DNA of 64,000 bases from Lingula anatina (Eukaryota; Animalia; Brachiopoda), in NCBI GenBank assembly GCA_051362555.1, contig CM120643.1, positions 18,480,848 through 18,544,847 of the forward strand. The letters are read 5' to 3'. How positions within the stretch are numbered: position 1 is the first letter of the stretch; each line of letters begins with the position of its first letter. This document shows, piece after piece, positions 26,443 to 37,718 of this stretch. Under the pieces are notes generated by a model. That model was not told where the DNA came from, ran no database searches, and saw nothing but the letters and a program-made list of their open reading frames with translations. Position numbers and translations under genes: made by a program.

Positions 26443-27635
26443 ACACTTGTAAAAACGCCCCAAGGGAATAAAATGGAACGAATTTAAGGATTCATCGATT
26501 TTTTTTTTAGTTTGAAGTGGTTTTTACATAAGTTGCCTAATACCAATTAAACACAGTACAAGTACCAACCGTTGGACTGAAACAAAGTATTGATTACTTC
26601 TTCTTGACATGTTTGTAGTTTATTAATATTAGCTAATGAACGAACTGTACACACATTACGCTTTCCTTTTTATTGAACTTAGTTTAAACTCTTGGCTTCT
26701 CAGTGTTTACGCAATGCAGAAAATATGAAGTGTAAACACACTCTTCAGGTCTTTATCGATTGATGACAAGATACATATTAGAAGTAGACAAAGCACTGGC
26801 GAGTTCAGACTTTTTTTATAAAGGCGGTGAGCAATAACAGTAGACCATGGAAATGTGACTTATTTACTAAAATCCCTGAATCAACAGGACACAAAGACGG
26901 GAGCAATGCTTTCATTTGCCTCGTTTCGCTTAGTATACTGGTACTTTTCTTTTGGTATCAGAAGCTGACCTCGTGCCCGTTGTCTTTTCCCCCGGACTCG
27001 CCATTGACTCGTAAGGTTTTTCAAGTGACGAGGTAGAGCTCGGAGTTAGTATCATTAGTTCATTTTTCGCCAACGAGAAATCATAGTCCACAACATAAAA
27101 GTTTTTTTCCCGCCGGTATGATACTACATATTAACATAAAGTCAGAAATTATTTGACTGCTTTATTTTATAGATTTTTTTAACTGAAACTTAAGTCGTAT
27201 CCAGTTTATTCCAGGCATCCAGACAGATTTATGCGTGAAATAAGGGCAGTGAATGAAACAGGCCAGACCAATAAGATGTTGGTATTTACGACAACCATGC
27301 GATTTGAAGACGACTAAGAGCTCAATAAATCGGAAGAGAAAGAAATCGACGAAAGTGGTTTTTAGTAAAGGGTAAAGCTCTAAGAAAAGTTATTTACCTA
27401 AGAAATGATCATGTAACGCCCCTCCCTGGAGAAATTAAGTGCTGTTTTCTTCATTTCTAATTTTAGTCACTGGAGACGTTTTTACACAATTGAAGAAGTG
27501 CTTTAGGTATTAAATAAACTAGTCGTCCAAATTGAATTCTCTGCTCTACATTGTGCTAACGTCGTGCAGTGAAGACAGATTGCTCTAAGGAAGACTGTTT
27601 TCATTCTGATTAAGTTAGATTTATTAACCTCTGAG

Positions 27636-27666
<31 letters not shown>

Positions 27667-29839
27667 GCGTTGGTTAAGGAACGACTACTGGTCTTTAGGC
27701 GTGCATTGACATATGTAACTACTGCGTCTGGGTTTGAGACTAGAGGCAATAAGACGCATTTTTGACAGGTCTTGAGGCATTTGGACGCAGGCAGATAAGA
27801 AACTCAACGAAAAAAACTTCATCTTTGGCTAACCTCCCTACTACAGGAAAGAATTAAAAGCTTTTACAGCAAACCCAACGCTTTAATTTCTTATTGTTAA
27901 AGTGCAGAGGCATGGTGTGTTGTCCGTAAGCAAGAGACAGAAGTATTTCCCCTCGTCTCCTTGTTATCGAACCCTGCAAAAGCAAGGTAATTTGAAACCG
28001 TCAACAACAGTGATAATTGTAGTTATTATTGTTGACGTGAAATCTGGATCATGATGCAGATGAAGGTTTGACACGAATGATTTATACACCTTCTTTTATC
28101 TGTCATTGTTTTCATTTTGTCATCCTCACGCATTCCGTTTCTCAAAATGTCTGTAATTTTACTCTTTATTGTTAGAATAGAAAGAGATGTCACGGTAGCC
28201 GAAGGCATTACAGAACACAAAAGTGCTACTGTGCCTTTTTTGTTCGCCTCTCACTTTCCCTGTCACGGTAGTCATCAAGGTTGCGAACTTGCTGAAGCCC
28301 GACTCATTTTCTTGCTGAATTTATGTCGTTCTTAACTATTATTTTCATTGAGTATTTCAATGGAGAAATGTACGTTTTTTTTCAAATATAGAAAATACCT
28401 GTTAACGAAAAAGTATAATCACTTTACGAGTGTTTGAACAAACATTAAGTAGGATGTATATAAGAAGTATTAATTTTCATTTCGTGAGCACCGACGTTTT
28501 GAAATCAGAGATTTAAGGATACTAATCTGCACTTCGGAGTGCTTTGAAGTAAATTCGCTCAGATAGCAGCACAAAAAATAGATAAATGAATGAATAAATA
28601 TGTAAATGGGATTAAGGTTATAAAAAAGATTGATTCAGGGATTTGATCGAGCAGATCCGGTTTGTTACCCGTAAATTCCAAAATGAGTATCTGTATTTGT
28701 AGAATAGAAATTCCCGTCATGGTAATCATACGAAAGAGGGTTGTGTAGATCATATTACTCGAAATATATGTTATTATTTCAGGCATTACACGTCAAACCA
28801 ATAAATATCACTCTGAGGTTTAGAGGTCCCTGGAAACTGGCCACCTACTTTCGGCATGCCTCTGCCGTTCCCGATGGACCTCTGATACTTGGGGTTTAAA
28901 CTGTAGAACAGCGCATGAAAGCAAAGGAAATTCACGGTCATTCTAAAAAAAACGAGTATACTTGAGGATTGGCAGTAGGCAAGGCTGTTATTGTCAGTGA
29001 TCTGACTCATTTATACAATAAATGTAAATAAGAGTAAATAAGCATCGCTTTTGTTTGTAAATAAGTGCTAACAGACGTCAGAATACTGTTCACAGCGTGT
29101 TGCACAAGCGTACAGTTTGTATTTCAGTCAGAGTCAATTATTCAAAGAAACGGTTTTATGCAGACATAATTGTTTGTATGATGAAACACATGCCATACTT
29201 TTTTTACACGGAAACGACGAGGTTCACACTGGGACTCGTAATAAAAAGCTATAGCGACCCATGAAATCATTTCAGTTCAATGGCTGTTTTCATTTGCTCA
29301 AACTTATTACTTTAATAGCGGAGAGAATAGCTCGTTTCTATTATCAGCTTCGTTAGCAATTCCATAGGGTTTTCTTCACGTCAATCACTCGCTCTAGCCA
29401 GCGATTGTGCGGTTAGTGATTACTTTCTGTTGGGAAAAGCTCAGAGGAAGCCGTTTTGGATTTGGGATATGAGGCAGTGATTTTCAACAATCGCCCGGAA
29501 AACATAAACCCCGTGTTTGAGACTACTCCATCATAATCTCGATGCACGTATCAGGAATGCTCACAGAAAATCAATGAAGTTATAGATACTATGCCGTTAT
29601 TGGGAATCGTATATGTAAATTTGAATTTGATGGCACGTTTCAAGTATCTGTTTTGTTACAGACTTGCGGTCATCGTAGACTGATACGGCTATTATCTGTT
29701 TTGTTTGCTAGAAGAGCATGGTGTGTTCACCCACTGAAACAAACTTGATGAAGTGCGCATTTCCTTTTAGCATTATCGTTAAAAGGTCGTTTGCCACTGT
29801 AGAAGATAGTTGGCTAAATTTTAGACTGATGCTTTGCCT

Positions 29840-29883
<44 letters not shown>

Positions 29884-30671
29884 GGGTCAATTTCCTTCTC
29901 AAAAACTCGTCACTATGAAACACAAGCGAGCTAATTTTGTCCCAGTTTCAATCCCTAATTCCTGTCAGAAAACACCCTAACTCTGGTCGAGAAAAAGGAT
30001 CTTTTCTTGCTTGAAAGAATAAGACATCCCAAAGGTCGCTAAACTTTGAAAGCTTGGCCATATTTGAAGATGAACGACCCCACTAGATAGAGACTGCGTC
30101 GTTACGGGATTTTGTTTTCGAATAAAAGTCCACGTGAATCAATCTTGAGCGAGCGCAGCTACGGTTTTTATCGACAAGTCGTATCTTTATGGGGAATATT
30201 GTGATCAAACGAACCGATAGTTTCGTCACACATCGCTAGATGAAATACTCGAACAGGGAATCGGGCGGTCAGTTTTAGCATATCTATTAGATAAACTGCA
30301 TGATGTTTCATTCTCCTGATATAGTTGTATGTCAATATTATTACTTTCTGCAGATATACATGTAGATGTATAGTAGGAGTTTGCACTCATTCCTAGGATG
30401 GTCGTATAGCGTTAAATCCTAGATCACGAAACATCTGAAATAACAAAAGTGCCACCTGTTGGCTCGATTTTTTTAAACAAATATACACAAAGCCAGTGTT
30501 GTGGAGTAATTGTAGATAAAGGCACATTTGTCTTGTAAGCATGGAATAGAAATGAATATCTGATTATTTCTTTGTTTACATGTACAATGTAGAACGGAAA
30601 ATGATCCTCACTTGATTCAATGAACAAATCATTGTACAATACGCATTGCCTCTCCCTTCACCTGCATGTAT

Positions 30672-30730
<59 letters not shown>

Positions 30731-30910
30731 TTCAGAATGGTAGTGACTAATAGTGCCCCTTTTTCTTAGTCATCTTACGGTTGTCTTAACCAATCAAACT
30801 TTGTATCCAAAACGGCCAATCTTGTGACACGAGAAACGGTCACTTGAAAAGATTTTGCAATGTGGTCAACCAAGGAAGTAGATGTATCCACTTTAGTCCA
30901 ATTGTTCAAT

Positions 30911-31238
30911 GCCTTGCTCCACAAAACACTTGAGACCGAAATTTGGTCTTAACTTTAAAATCCAAAGTCGTGGTCTTCTTCAATAAAGAATAAATCCGTG
31001 GTAGTCTAAAGGAATTAAATAACTATTTGTTTAATACAGAAGTCAATACTTTCTTGTGATAAAACTGGCACAGTGTCTGATTTAAACAAACTACTAATTA
31101 TCCCAGATTATCCCAATAGTGGCCTAGATGACCTCATTCAAAGTCATTATTGGCATAAAGTGAGGTCTGAGTAGACCATCATGGTGGTCTAAAAGTTAAG
31201 ACCGACCTTCGGTCTAAAGTCCTCGTGTGAACCCGCCC
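30911..31238. mobile_element. MITE with imperfect ~70-bp inverted ends (Harbinger-like)
   Basis: ACTTGAGACCGAAATTTGGTCTTAACTTT..GTGGTCTTCTTCA (~30928-30982) is mirrored by TGAGTAGACCA..AAAAGTTAAGACCGACCTTCGGTCTAAAGT (~31168-31220). The right end is GTGAACCCGCCCC. Confidence 0.55.
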
Positions 31239-32595
31239 CAACATCTTATCACCATTTCTGCACTTTTCCCCAACAACAAACATCTAGTCACTGGCAGGAC
31301 GTTTTGTTTTATATGGCCGAACACCGTTTGCGGTCACACAGTTGTGTAGGTCAAGCAAAAAAGACCGAGGGTTCCGAAGGCAGTCCGTTGTTTAAGATAA
31401 TAAACAGTTTCTTGTACACATTCCCTACAGGGTGTAATACATGATTCAGAGTAGGGAATGAACAGACACTTTTATAAAAGGCACACAACTTTTTCATGAA
31501 AGAAAGTCGAAGATGGTAATCTCAGTGTTGATATGATACACAGAGCAATGATACATTAACAGTATTGTAATGTCGTCACCCTGAGTTAGAAAGATAACTG
31601 GAACCCAATTTGTAGGCAACGGAGGCATGTTGTTAATAGAGATCAGTTTCCAGTCTACATGCAAACCTCAGGGTGAATGTTATTAGCCTAACTAATATTC
31701 TTCTGTCACAGATGATTTGCTTCGGTCATTGGATGAAATTTGAAGGACAGATAATCAAAGCACTAATCCTGCCCAGACTGGTTTTGATTAAAACCGTTTT
31801 AGTTGTAAATCCTATAGATAATGGAAATTGTAATATCCCCTTTATGATCAAGTTTTTTGATAATAAATAAATAAATAAATAAATAAATGAATAAAGATAG
31901 TCTTCGTAGGGGATTCGTGTCATGGAACGGAAAAACTCGTTATGCACTGTAGTTGCAACTTTAGGGAGAAAACGCTTGATCAAAGACTATAGATTGGCTC
32001 TCGGTTTTTCTTTAAAAGATTGTAATTAATATTGGTCGAGGTAGAATTATGCTAAGGAAGAGCACTAGAATAAATCAGTGGACGAAAATATATTTTTACT
32101 TTAACACGTGGCCACCCTAAAGCTTTGGTGGTACAGTGCCGCCGGAATGTCCCCTTACCAAATGGCCGTATGGTTTCCCAACCCTGCCCCATATGGTCGA
32201 ACAATAGAGGCCGTATGATAATTACAGGGAAGGGGAATCCCCAAGCAATCCTTATCGGACACCCAAATTAGTCGGTTCAACGAACACGGTCTGCCCCTTC
32301 TTAATTGCCTCACTTAAGGTTTCTATTATAGCTGATGCAAAGAGATTGCTATCGACACGAGCAAACAATACCGGGTTATGTATCAACTGCAACAGAAGAC
32401 TCGAGTAAAGGCAAGTCAAATATTAGAACAAAACTCTGAAGAACAAATCAGGCTTAGTTTTAAAACACGTATAACAATTTTATTTGATGATAATAAGTCA
32501 CGATCAACAAAAGCGTAGTTAAAATGGAAATTTTTAAATAGCTAACATCAAATAAATATCAATGTCTCATTACCTTTATTACATGTGTTGCTAGT

Positions 32596-32934
32596 TTAGT
32601 AGCCTGATGCACGACCTTCTCTCTCAAGTACCGCTGGAATCACCTTCTTTAGGTGATTAATATATTTATTACTGTATAATACACTTTTCTGCGTTAATAT
32701 GGTCATCTCCTCGTCTATAACGTTCATGTGGCGCAGTTCAACCTTTGAGGGACGTCCACTTCGTGGCTTATCTGCAATACCAAGCCCTTCGTCGTATTTA
32801 TTTAACACATAGTAAATGGCTTGTCGCGACACTTTATGGCCTTCATTTTCCATTTGTGCGGTTATGTTTTTAATTCGCACCCCTTGTTCTCGGAGGGCGA
32901 TGATACGCAGACGCACGTAATCGCTAAGAGGCAT
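32596..32934 (-). CDS. Internally deleted Tc1-like transposase (paired-like HTH fused in frame to the C-terminal tail; DDE domain absent), 112 aa
   Basis: MPLSDYVRLRIIALREQG..VSRQAIYYVLNKY..IADKPRSGRPSK (HTH plus GRP linker) is joined near 32703 to KYINHLKKVIPAVLEREGRASGY*, typical of Tc1 C-termini (V+..G..T.Y). Start context is CAAGATGC. Confidence 0.8.
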   Translation of the reverse strand: MPLSDYVRLRIIALREQGVRIKNITAQMENEGHKVSRQAIYYVLNKYDEGLGIADKPRSGRPSKVELRHMNVIDEEMTILTQKSVLYSNKYINHLKKVIPAVLEREGRASGY

Positions 32935-33423
32935 CTTGGAATTGTGATGATTTGGAAAATTTGAGTGTCGGTTTATACCGTTCACTTGGCAGGTGACACG
33001 ATGGCATGGAAATCAGTGACATAAACGTGTCATATTAAACAAAATACTTATTGGCCATTTAGGAAGTCCAGATACACAAACAATCCTGTTGACACGTGTC
33101 AGTTGATTTAGAATTATGTGCAATTGATTAGATTGGATTGAAAAGCGTCATCGCAATGTTAACATTAATTTTAGACGACGCGTGTCACACAGTAGTGATT
33201 ATGTAATAGCCAGGGCTTAATCACTGTGTTTACCCGGTATGAATAAAGTTAACCTGAACTGATTGTTAATTAATGTGAGATGACACGTGCCAACCAGTGA
33301 AGTTAGCCCGAGAGATTGTAATCCATTTTTTTAAAATTAATTTCTTTTGATGCGTTTAAGTATGAAGAAGGCTTTTGGTTAAGTTTGGGCTTTAGATCGT
33401 AAAGATGAACTATTCCTATCGTT

Positions 33424-33819
33424 TTGAATTACATATCAAACAATGATAGAGAAACAGTTCCTACTTTGTGTCCTATAGAATCAAGGAATCAGTCTTTCGG
33501 CCGGCCACCCGTCGCCTTGGCAAATAAAGAAATATTCGAAATTCGACAACGGGCCAGTTCCCCCGGCAACTTTTGCGTTCAGTTGATGGGAAGGTTGTTT
33601 ACGATTGATGAACGAATACGAAAGGGCAGAAATGTTACGGGTGTAGATGGGAGAGATCCGATATGCAAATATAGACTGAACTATATTAAAGATATGGCTA
33701 ACAAAATGTTTATCAATGAAACAACTGACAAGTCTTTTTGGAAAAAATGCATTTCGTCTATGAACAAAACTAATAGAAATATAAGGACATACTATAAAAA
33801 TAAATTTCAATCTTGTTAA
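33424..33819 (+). CDS. BEN-domain protein (no in-frame ATG before the domain; possibly 5'-decayed or spliced)
   Basis: ASSPGNFCVQLMGRLFTIDER..RNVTGVDGRDPICKYRLNYIK..F....FWKKCISSMNKTNR fits the BEN pattern NF..LL..LF..EE..NV.G..GK..LD..RL..IK..W..C...IN...R. AATAAA follows at ~33894. An in-frame stop lies upstream at 33406. Confidence 0.75.
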   Translation: MNYISNNDRETVPTLCPIESRNQSFGRPPVALANKEIFEIRQRASSPGNFCVQLMGRLFTIDERIRKGRNVTGVDGRDPICKYRLNYIKDMANKMFINETTDKSFWKKCISSMNKTNRNIRTYYKNKFQSC

Positions 33820-35029
33820 TAATATGTATATAGTAAAGACAGTTTGAAGCCTAATGAGTATTACATGTACAAGTAGTGTTTTATTTGATCTTTAATAAAT
33901 TCATAAATTTATTTATTAAACTCTATGTGAATTCAATCAATTCATAGCTACAATGTACACGAAAATTGCTGTCATCACCGAATCTTTTTGGTAAAGGGAC
34001 TTTTAAAAATCACTGTTGGCAAGTTCTTATGCTTAAAATCTCCGTATCAGAGTAGAGTGATCAAAGTAGAGTGAAGCCACCGCGCATTAAAGGTCAATTA
34101 ACGCTTGGACGAACACTTAATTGCGACCACGCTCACCTTCGATCTTTATCTCAGCGAGCTAGGGTTAGGCTCTTTTGTTAGCAGAAAGTTTGTCACGATA
34201 ATTGCCCGACGGGCAGGGTATGGAACTATTGTTAACAGAAACCAAACAGCGTATGGATGACAATGTTATTTCCATAGTTACCGAGCCAGGCCGTCCGTAC
34301 AACCCGCAGCGACCCGGAGGGTAAGTAAGGGGAGATTCCGGCGGCACTGTATCCTCTGGTCCCTCCTCTCCATCCCTAAATAGACGAGCAAAACGAGACA
34401 AAACCAAGCAATTGTCCAGTCTTGTGCCCTAATAATCATAGTAAATTGTATCGTGTATTATTTAGCGAGCAAAGCCAGGCAATTTTTTTGACGCCCCCTT
34501 CTCCCTTTTTAGTAAAAATCCTCTATTAGCCAGTGCGCTGAGGCAAAGCCAGACAAAACATTTGTCCGACGACTGACCCCGTTACTGACCAAAACATACT
34601 TATTGTTGTTGCTGAGAGGGAGTAATCTCATTACATTATTTGTTCTCCATTAAAGTTAATTTGTTCTCTGCTGGATACAGCAGTTGTAAAATCTAGTACG
34701 ATGATGCCAATTTTCCTGCTGCTTTGACATGAATTCTGTCATTTTGCTCTTGCCAAAAGTGGATGACGTGGGGATTAGGATGTAGGACCCTCAGATCCAG
34801 AGCACTGGTTGTGAGAACCTCTGCCACCCTGAATTTCAGGGTTCTGACCGTGACTTTGTTTTTACACCTCACATTCTCTCTGTCACCCTGCGTTTTAGGG
34901 TGCCATGTTGACTTTCTTTACACCCATCGCCCTGGGTTTCAGTGCTGTGACAGTAACTCGCCTCTACCCAGTAGGCTCTCCGCTACCGTTTCAGAGACCG
35001 GATGATACAGGCGCGCCAAGTATTCCCAA

Positions 35030-35216
35030 GACATTTAATTGCAATTTTCACAAAATAACTGAACTCGAAATTTTGCTGGCGATTTTCAGACTTAAAATCA
35101 GGTCTAGTTCTGTTCAAGATACAATCCCAGGTAGTCCACCTATACATAACATAATTATAGCTCTGAGATATAAGCAATATCTTCCTTGCTTTAAAACAGT
35201 CGCAATAGTTCATTAA
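35030..35216 (+). mobile_element. Decayed CR1/L2-type LINE ORF2 fragment (pre-RT region)
   Basis: FHKITELEILLAIFRLKIRSSSVQDTIPG..LPCFKTVAIVH resembles F..I+..EV...I..LK..KS.G.D.IP...P..WK.A.V.P. Confidence 0.55.
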
Positions 35217-36844
35217 ATTGGACTGCTTCAGGTTTATCATGGGTTAAAGAAAACACAAACCGCCTTAAAGTGGAGTAATTCTGATAATGGTTTGAGTTAA
35301 AAACAAAGATGGCTAAGGTATCTTTTTTCCGCATGACGTTGTAATAACCGATGGTGAGGAAAACTAATAGAACCCGACTGCAATTTATTAATCTGATACA
35401 AATTGGAGGTTTGGAAAGATCATTTCTCAGTATAATCTACTTCTGATGTAATATTATCTCTTGATGGAATGAATAATTCACGAGAAATGAAAGTTAGCCT
35501 TACCCTGTGCCGACATGAACCAAACGTGTTTACAGGAAAACAACATATATGTTCACATATATACCCTTGCATGGATTACAATGTGTCCTTGTGTAAGCTA
35601 ATAAAACCAATTGGGCATAAGGATTGGTGACAATTTTTTGATATTGACCAATTTGTTATTGCGCACATGACGATTATTATTACAATGAACTTATTTTGCT
35701 CACTCCGTAATCCGGCCTTGTGCGAATGTATATCTTTTTTTTTTTTTTTTTTTGTGTGCATGTATACCATCTCTGCGAATTTGTCTAAATTACGATGCTA
35801 GCGAGTCGATTGTTTAGTTTCTCTATTATAAACATTTATTCGTCCGCGTAATTGATGGGCAAAGTTCCTGTCATTTTGTGAGATACTGCACGAGGGTCAA
35901 TAAGGAAAACATCAATAAAACACCGCAAAGTACCGCCTAATGAGCAACATAATGAATGGATATTAAACAGCTCTCCATTTAAAACGACACATTCGATCGC
36001 CGTTGATTTAATAAACAGAAAGAGCGGAAGGGGTCGAATTACGATAACGTATGGTTATGAAGGCTTCAGGTAAAGGTGAAAATGCAAAGTGATATTAGCA
36101 GTGGGACACAGTAGGGTGCATGTTTTCCAGATATATGCTTCGCAAAGTTCAGCTTATGATTATGAGATCATAGATTACCATCCTTATGTCGAATGGCAGC
36201 CGGAATCTAAAGGGGGCCTTTGGTCAAAATGCCTAATTTTCGCATAAATATGCCACCAGCAACGTGAAATAGTAGTTATCGTACTGTTTCTCCACAGCTG
36301 CATGGCTAGTCAGTTTTCAAATACCCTGCTCTTCTCGCAGACTGCTTCACGTACCGCAGACGATCTTAAAAAATGTTCGGGAAATGAAGGGTGTTGTAGT
36401 ATGGCTTCACACATGAGAAAACTGCATACATTGGGTACAATGTATGAAGCTTGGGACATTTGTGCAAAGTGAGATTTCTAGAAAATTGCCCTGTGTAATT
36501 TAGCTGTCAAACATTAGCTAGTGTGTTGACTTAATAGATGACTTTACTACTTATCTGCCGTAACGCATTTCAAAAAGTGACAGTACATTGTGTTGGAAGT
36601 ACCGACGCATTTCCGTTGTTCCAGCGTATCTCAACTACCACAGCTTGTCAATAGTCCCGTTATTCCTTTCTTTCTTGTATTTTGATGTTTTTCTTCCGAA
36701 TTCTATCTTCGATCTATTTTTAAATCCTCAAACGGATAAAAGATAGGAGTGGACCAAAAAAGAACGGGATTTGTTTAGCTTGACGAAACCCCGGCCCGCT
36801 CCTTTTCATGTTTTAAAACTTTCTTCTACTGTTTTGTATTGTAG

Positions 36845-37003
36845 GTGATGCAATTCGGTGCTATATTTGTCATTCTGGAATGCTTGCCGGCTGTAAGGAC
36901 ACATTTGACTTCAGTAGACTTGCTAGAGCATCTGCCTCCTTGGATATGGAGCCGTTTGTAGAGTGTGAATACGGGTGCCAGAAAAGCAAGACACAGTCTG
37001 GAG
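36845..37003 (+). CDS. Ly6/uPAR (quiver-like) protein, exon 2
   Basis: Acceptor TTGTAG|, translation (G)DAIRCYICHSGMLAGCKDTF..VECEYGCQKSKTQSG, donor G|GTATGT. 159 nt, phase 1-1. Confidence 0.9.
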
Positions 37004-37075
37004 GTATGTTCTCATCCCCCACCCTTCTCTCTCTCCTTCTCTCCTTCTCTCTCTCTCTCTCTCTCTCTCTTTCCC

Positions 37076-37116
<41 letters not shown>

Positions 37117-37518
37117 ACACACACACACACACACACTCAGTGACGTATACACACGCACGCACACACATGCAGACCTCGCAAACACCTGTCTGTATGCGCG
37201 CGCACAGGTATTTCGTCCGTCAGACGTACATGTGCGTGTGTAGTATTTTTCTTTCATTGTGTGATAATCTTTCGAACTGTAATAAACAATATCTGGTACA
37301 CAGTTAAGCTGCAATAGTATGACCAACGGTTGAAAGTTTATTGCTAAGTCAAATACTAGTATGTTCGTGGATCTAGCGGGATACCAAAAAATAAATAAAT
37401 AGATTTTAAAAAACTTCATGGGAATAACACACTTCTAGATTTTCAAACTGTCCACTTGACAAAATCTATTTATTTATTTATTTATTTATTTATAATTGTA
37501 ATTTTCTTTTTTTTCCAG

Positions 37519-37718
37519 ACTATTCCCTGGTGCTACGTGGCTGCGCATTAGGAGTACAAGATCATGGTTGCCAGTACATGCAAGCGAAAGGCGCAGACAT
37601 GTGGTTTTGTTACTGCAATTCAGAACTATGCAACTCGGCTCAACACAGGACTGCCAACTTATGGTGCTATTTGCTCGCCATAGCAACTTGTATACTCATA
37701 ATATACAAAAGAACATGA
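37519..37718 (+). CDS. Ly6/uPAR (quiver-like) protein, exon 3 with CxCxxxLCN motif and GPI-type hydrophobic tail
   Basis: Polypyrimidine acceptor TTCCAG|, translation DYSLVLRGCALG..GCQY..FCYCNSELCNSA..LWCYLLAIATCILIIYKRT*. Completes the 10-Cys three-finger pattern. Confidence 0.92.

Larger units (their letters stand above)
32134..34349. mobile_element. Tc1/mariner (IS630-Tc1-mariner) element with two divergent ORFs
   Basis: TIRs CAGTGCCGCCGGAATGTCCCCTTAC (32134-32158) and GTAAGGGGAGATTCCGGCGGCACTG (34325-34349) match at 24/25 positions. Flanked by TA at 32132-33 and 34350-51; encloses a Tc1-like transposase remnant. Confidence 0.9.

Noticed and set aside
34165-34407. 80-aa minus-strand ORF at the Tc1 right end
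   Set aside because: It crosses the TIR/TA boundary, has a non-ATG start and shows no recognisable domain.
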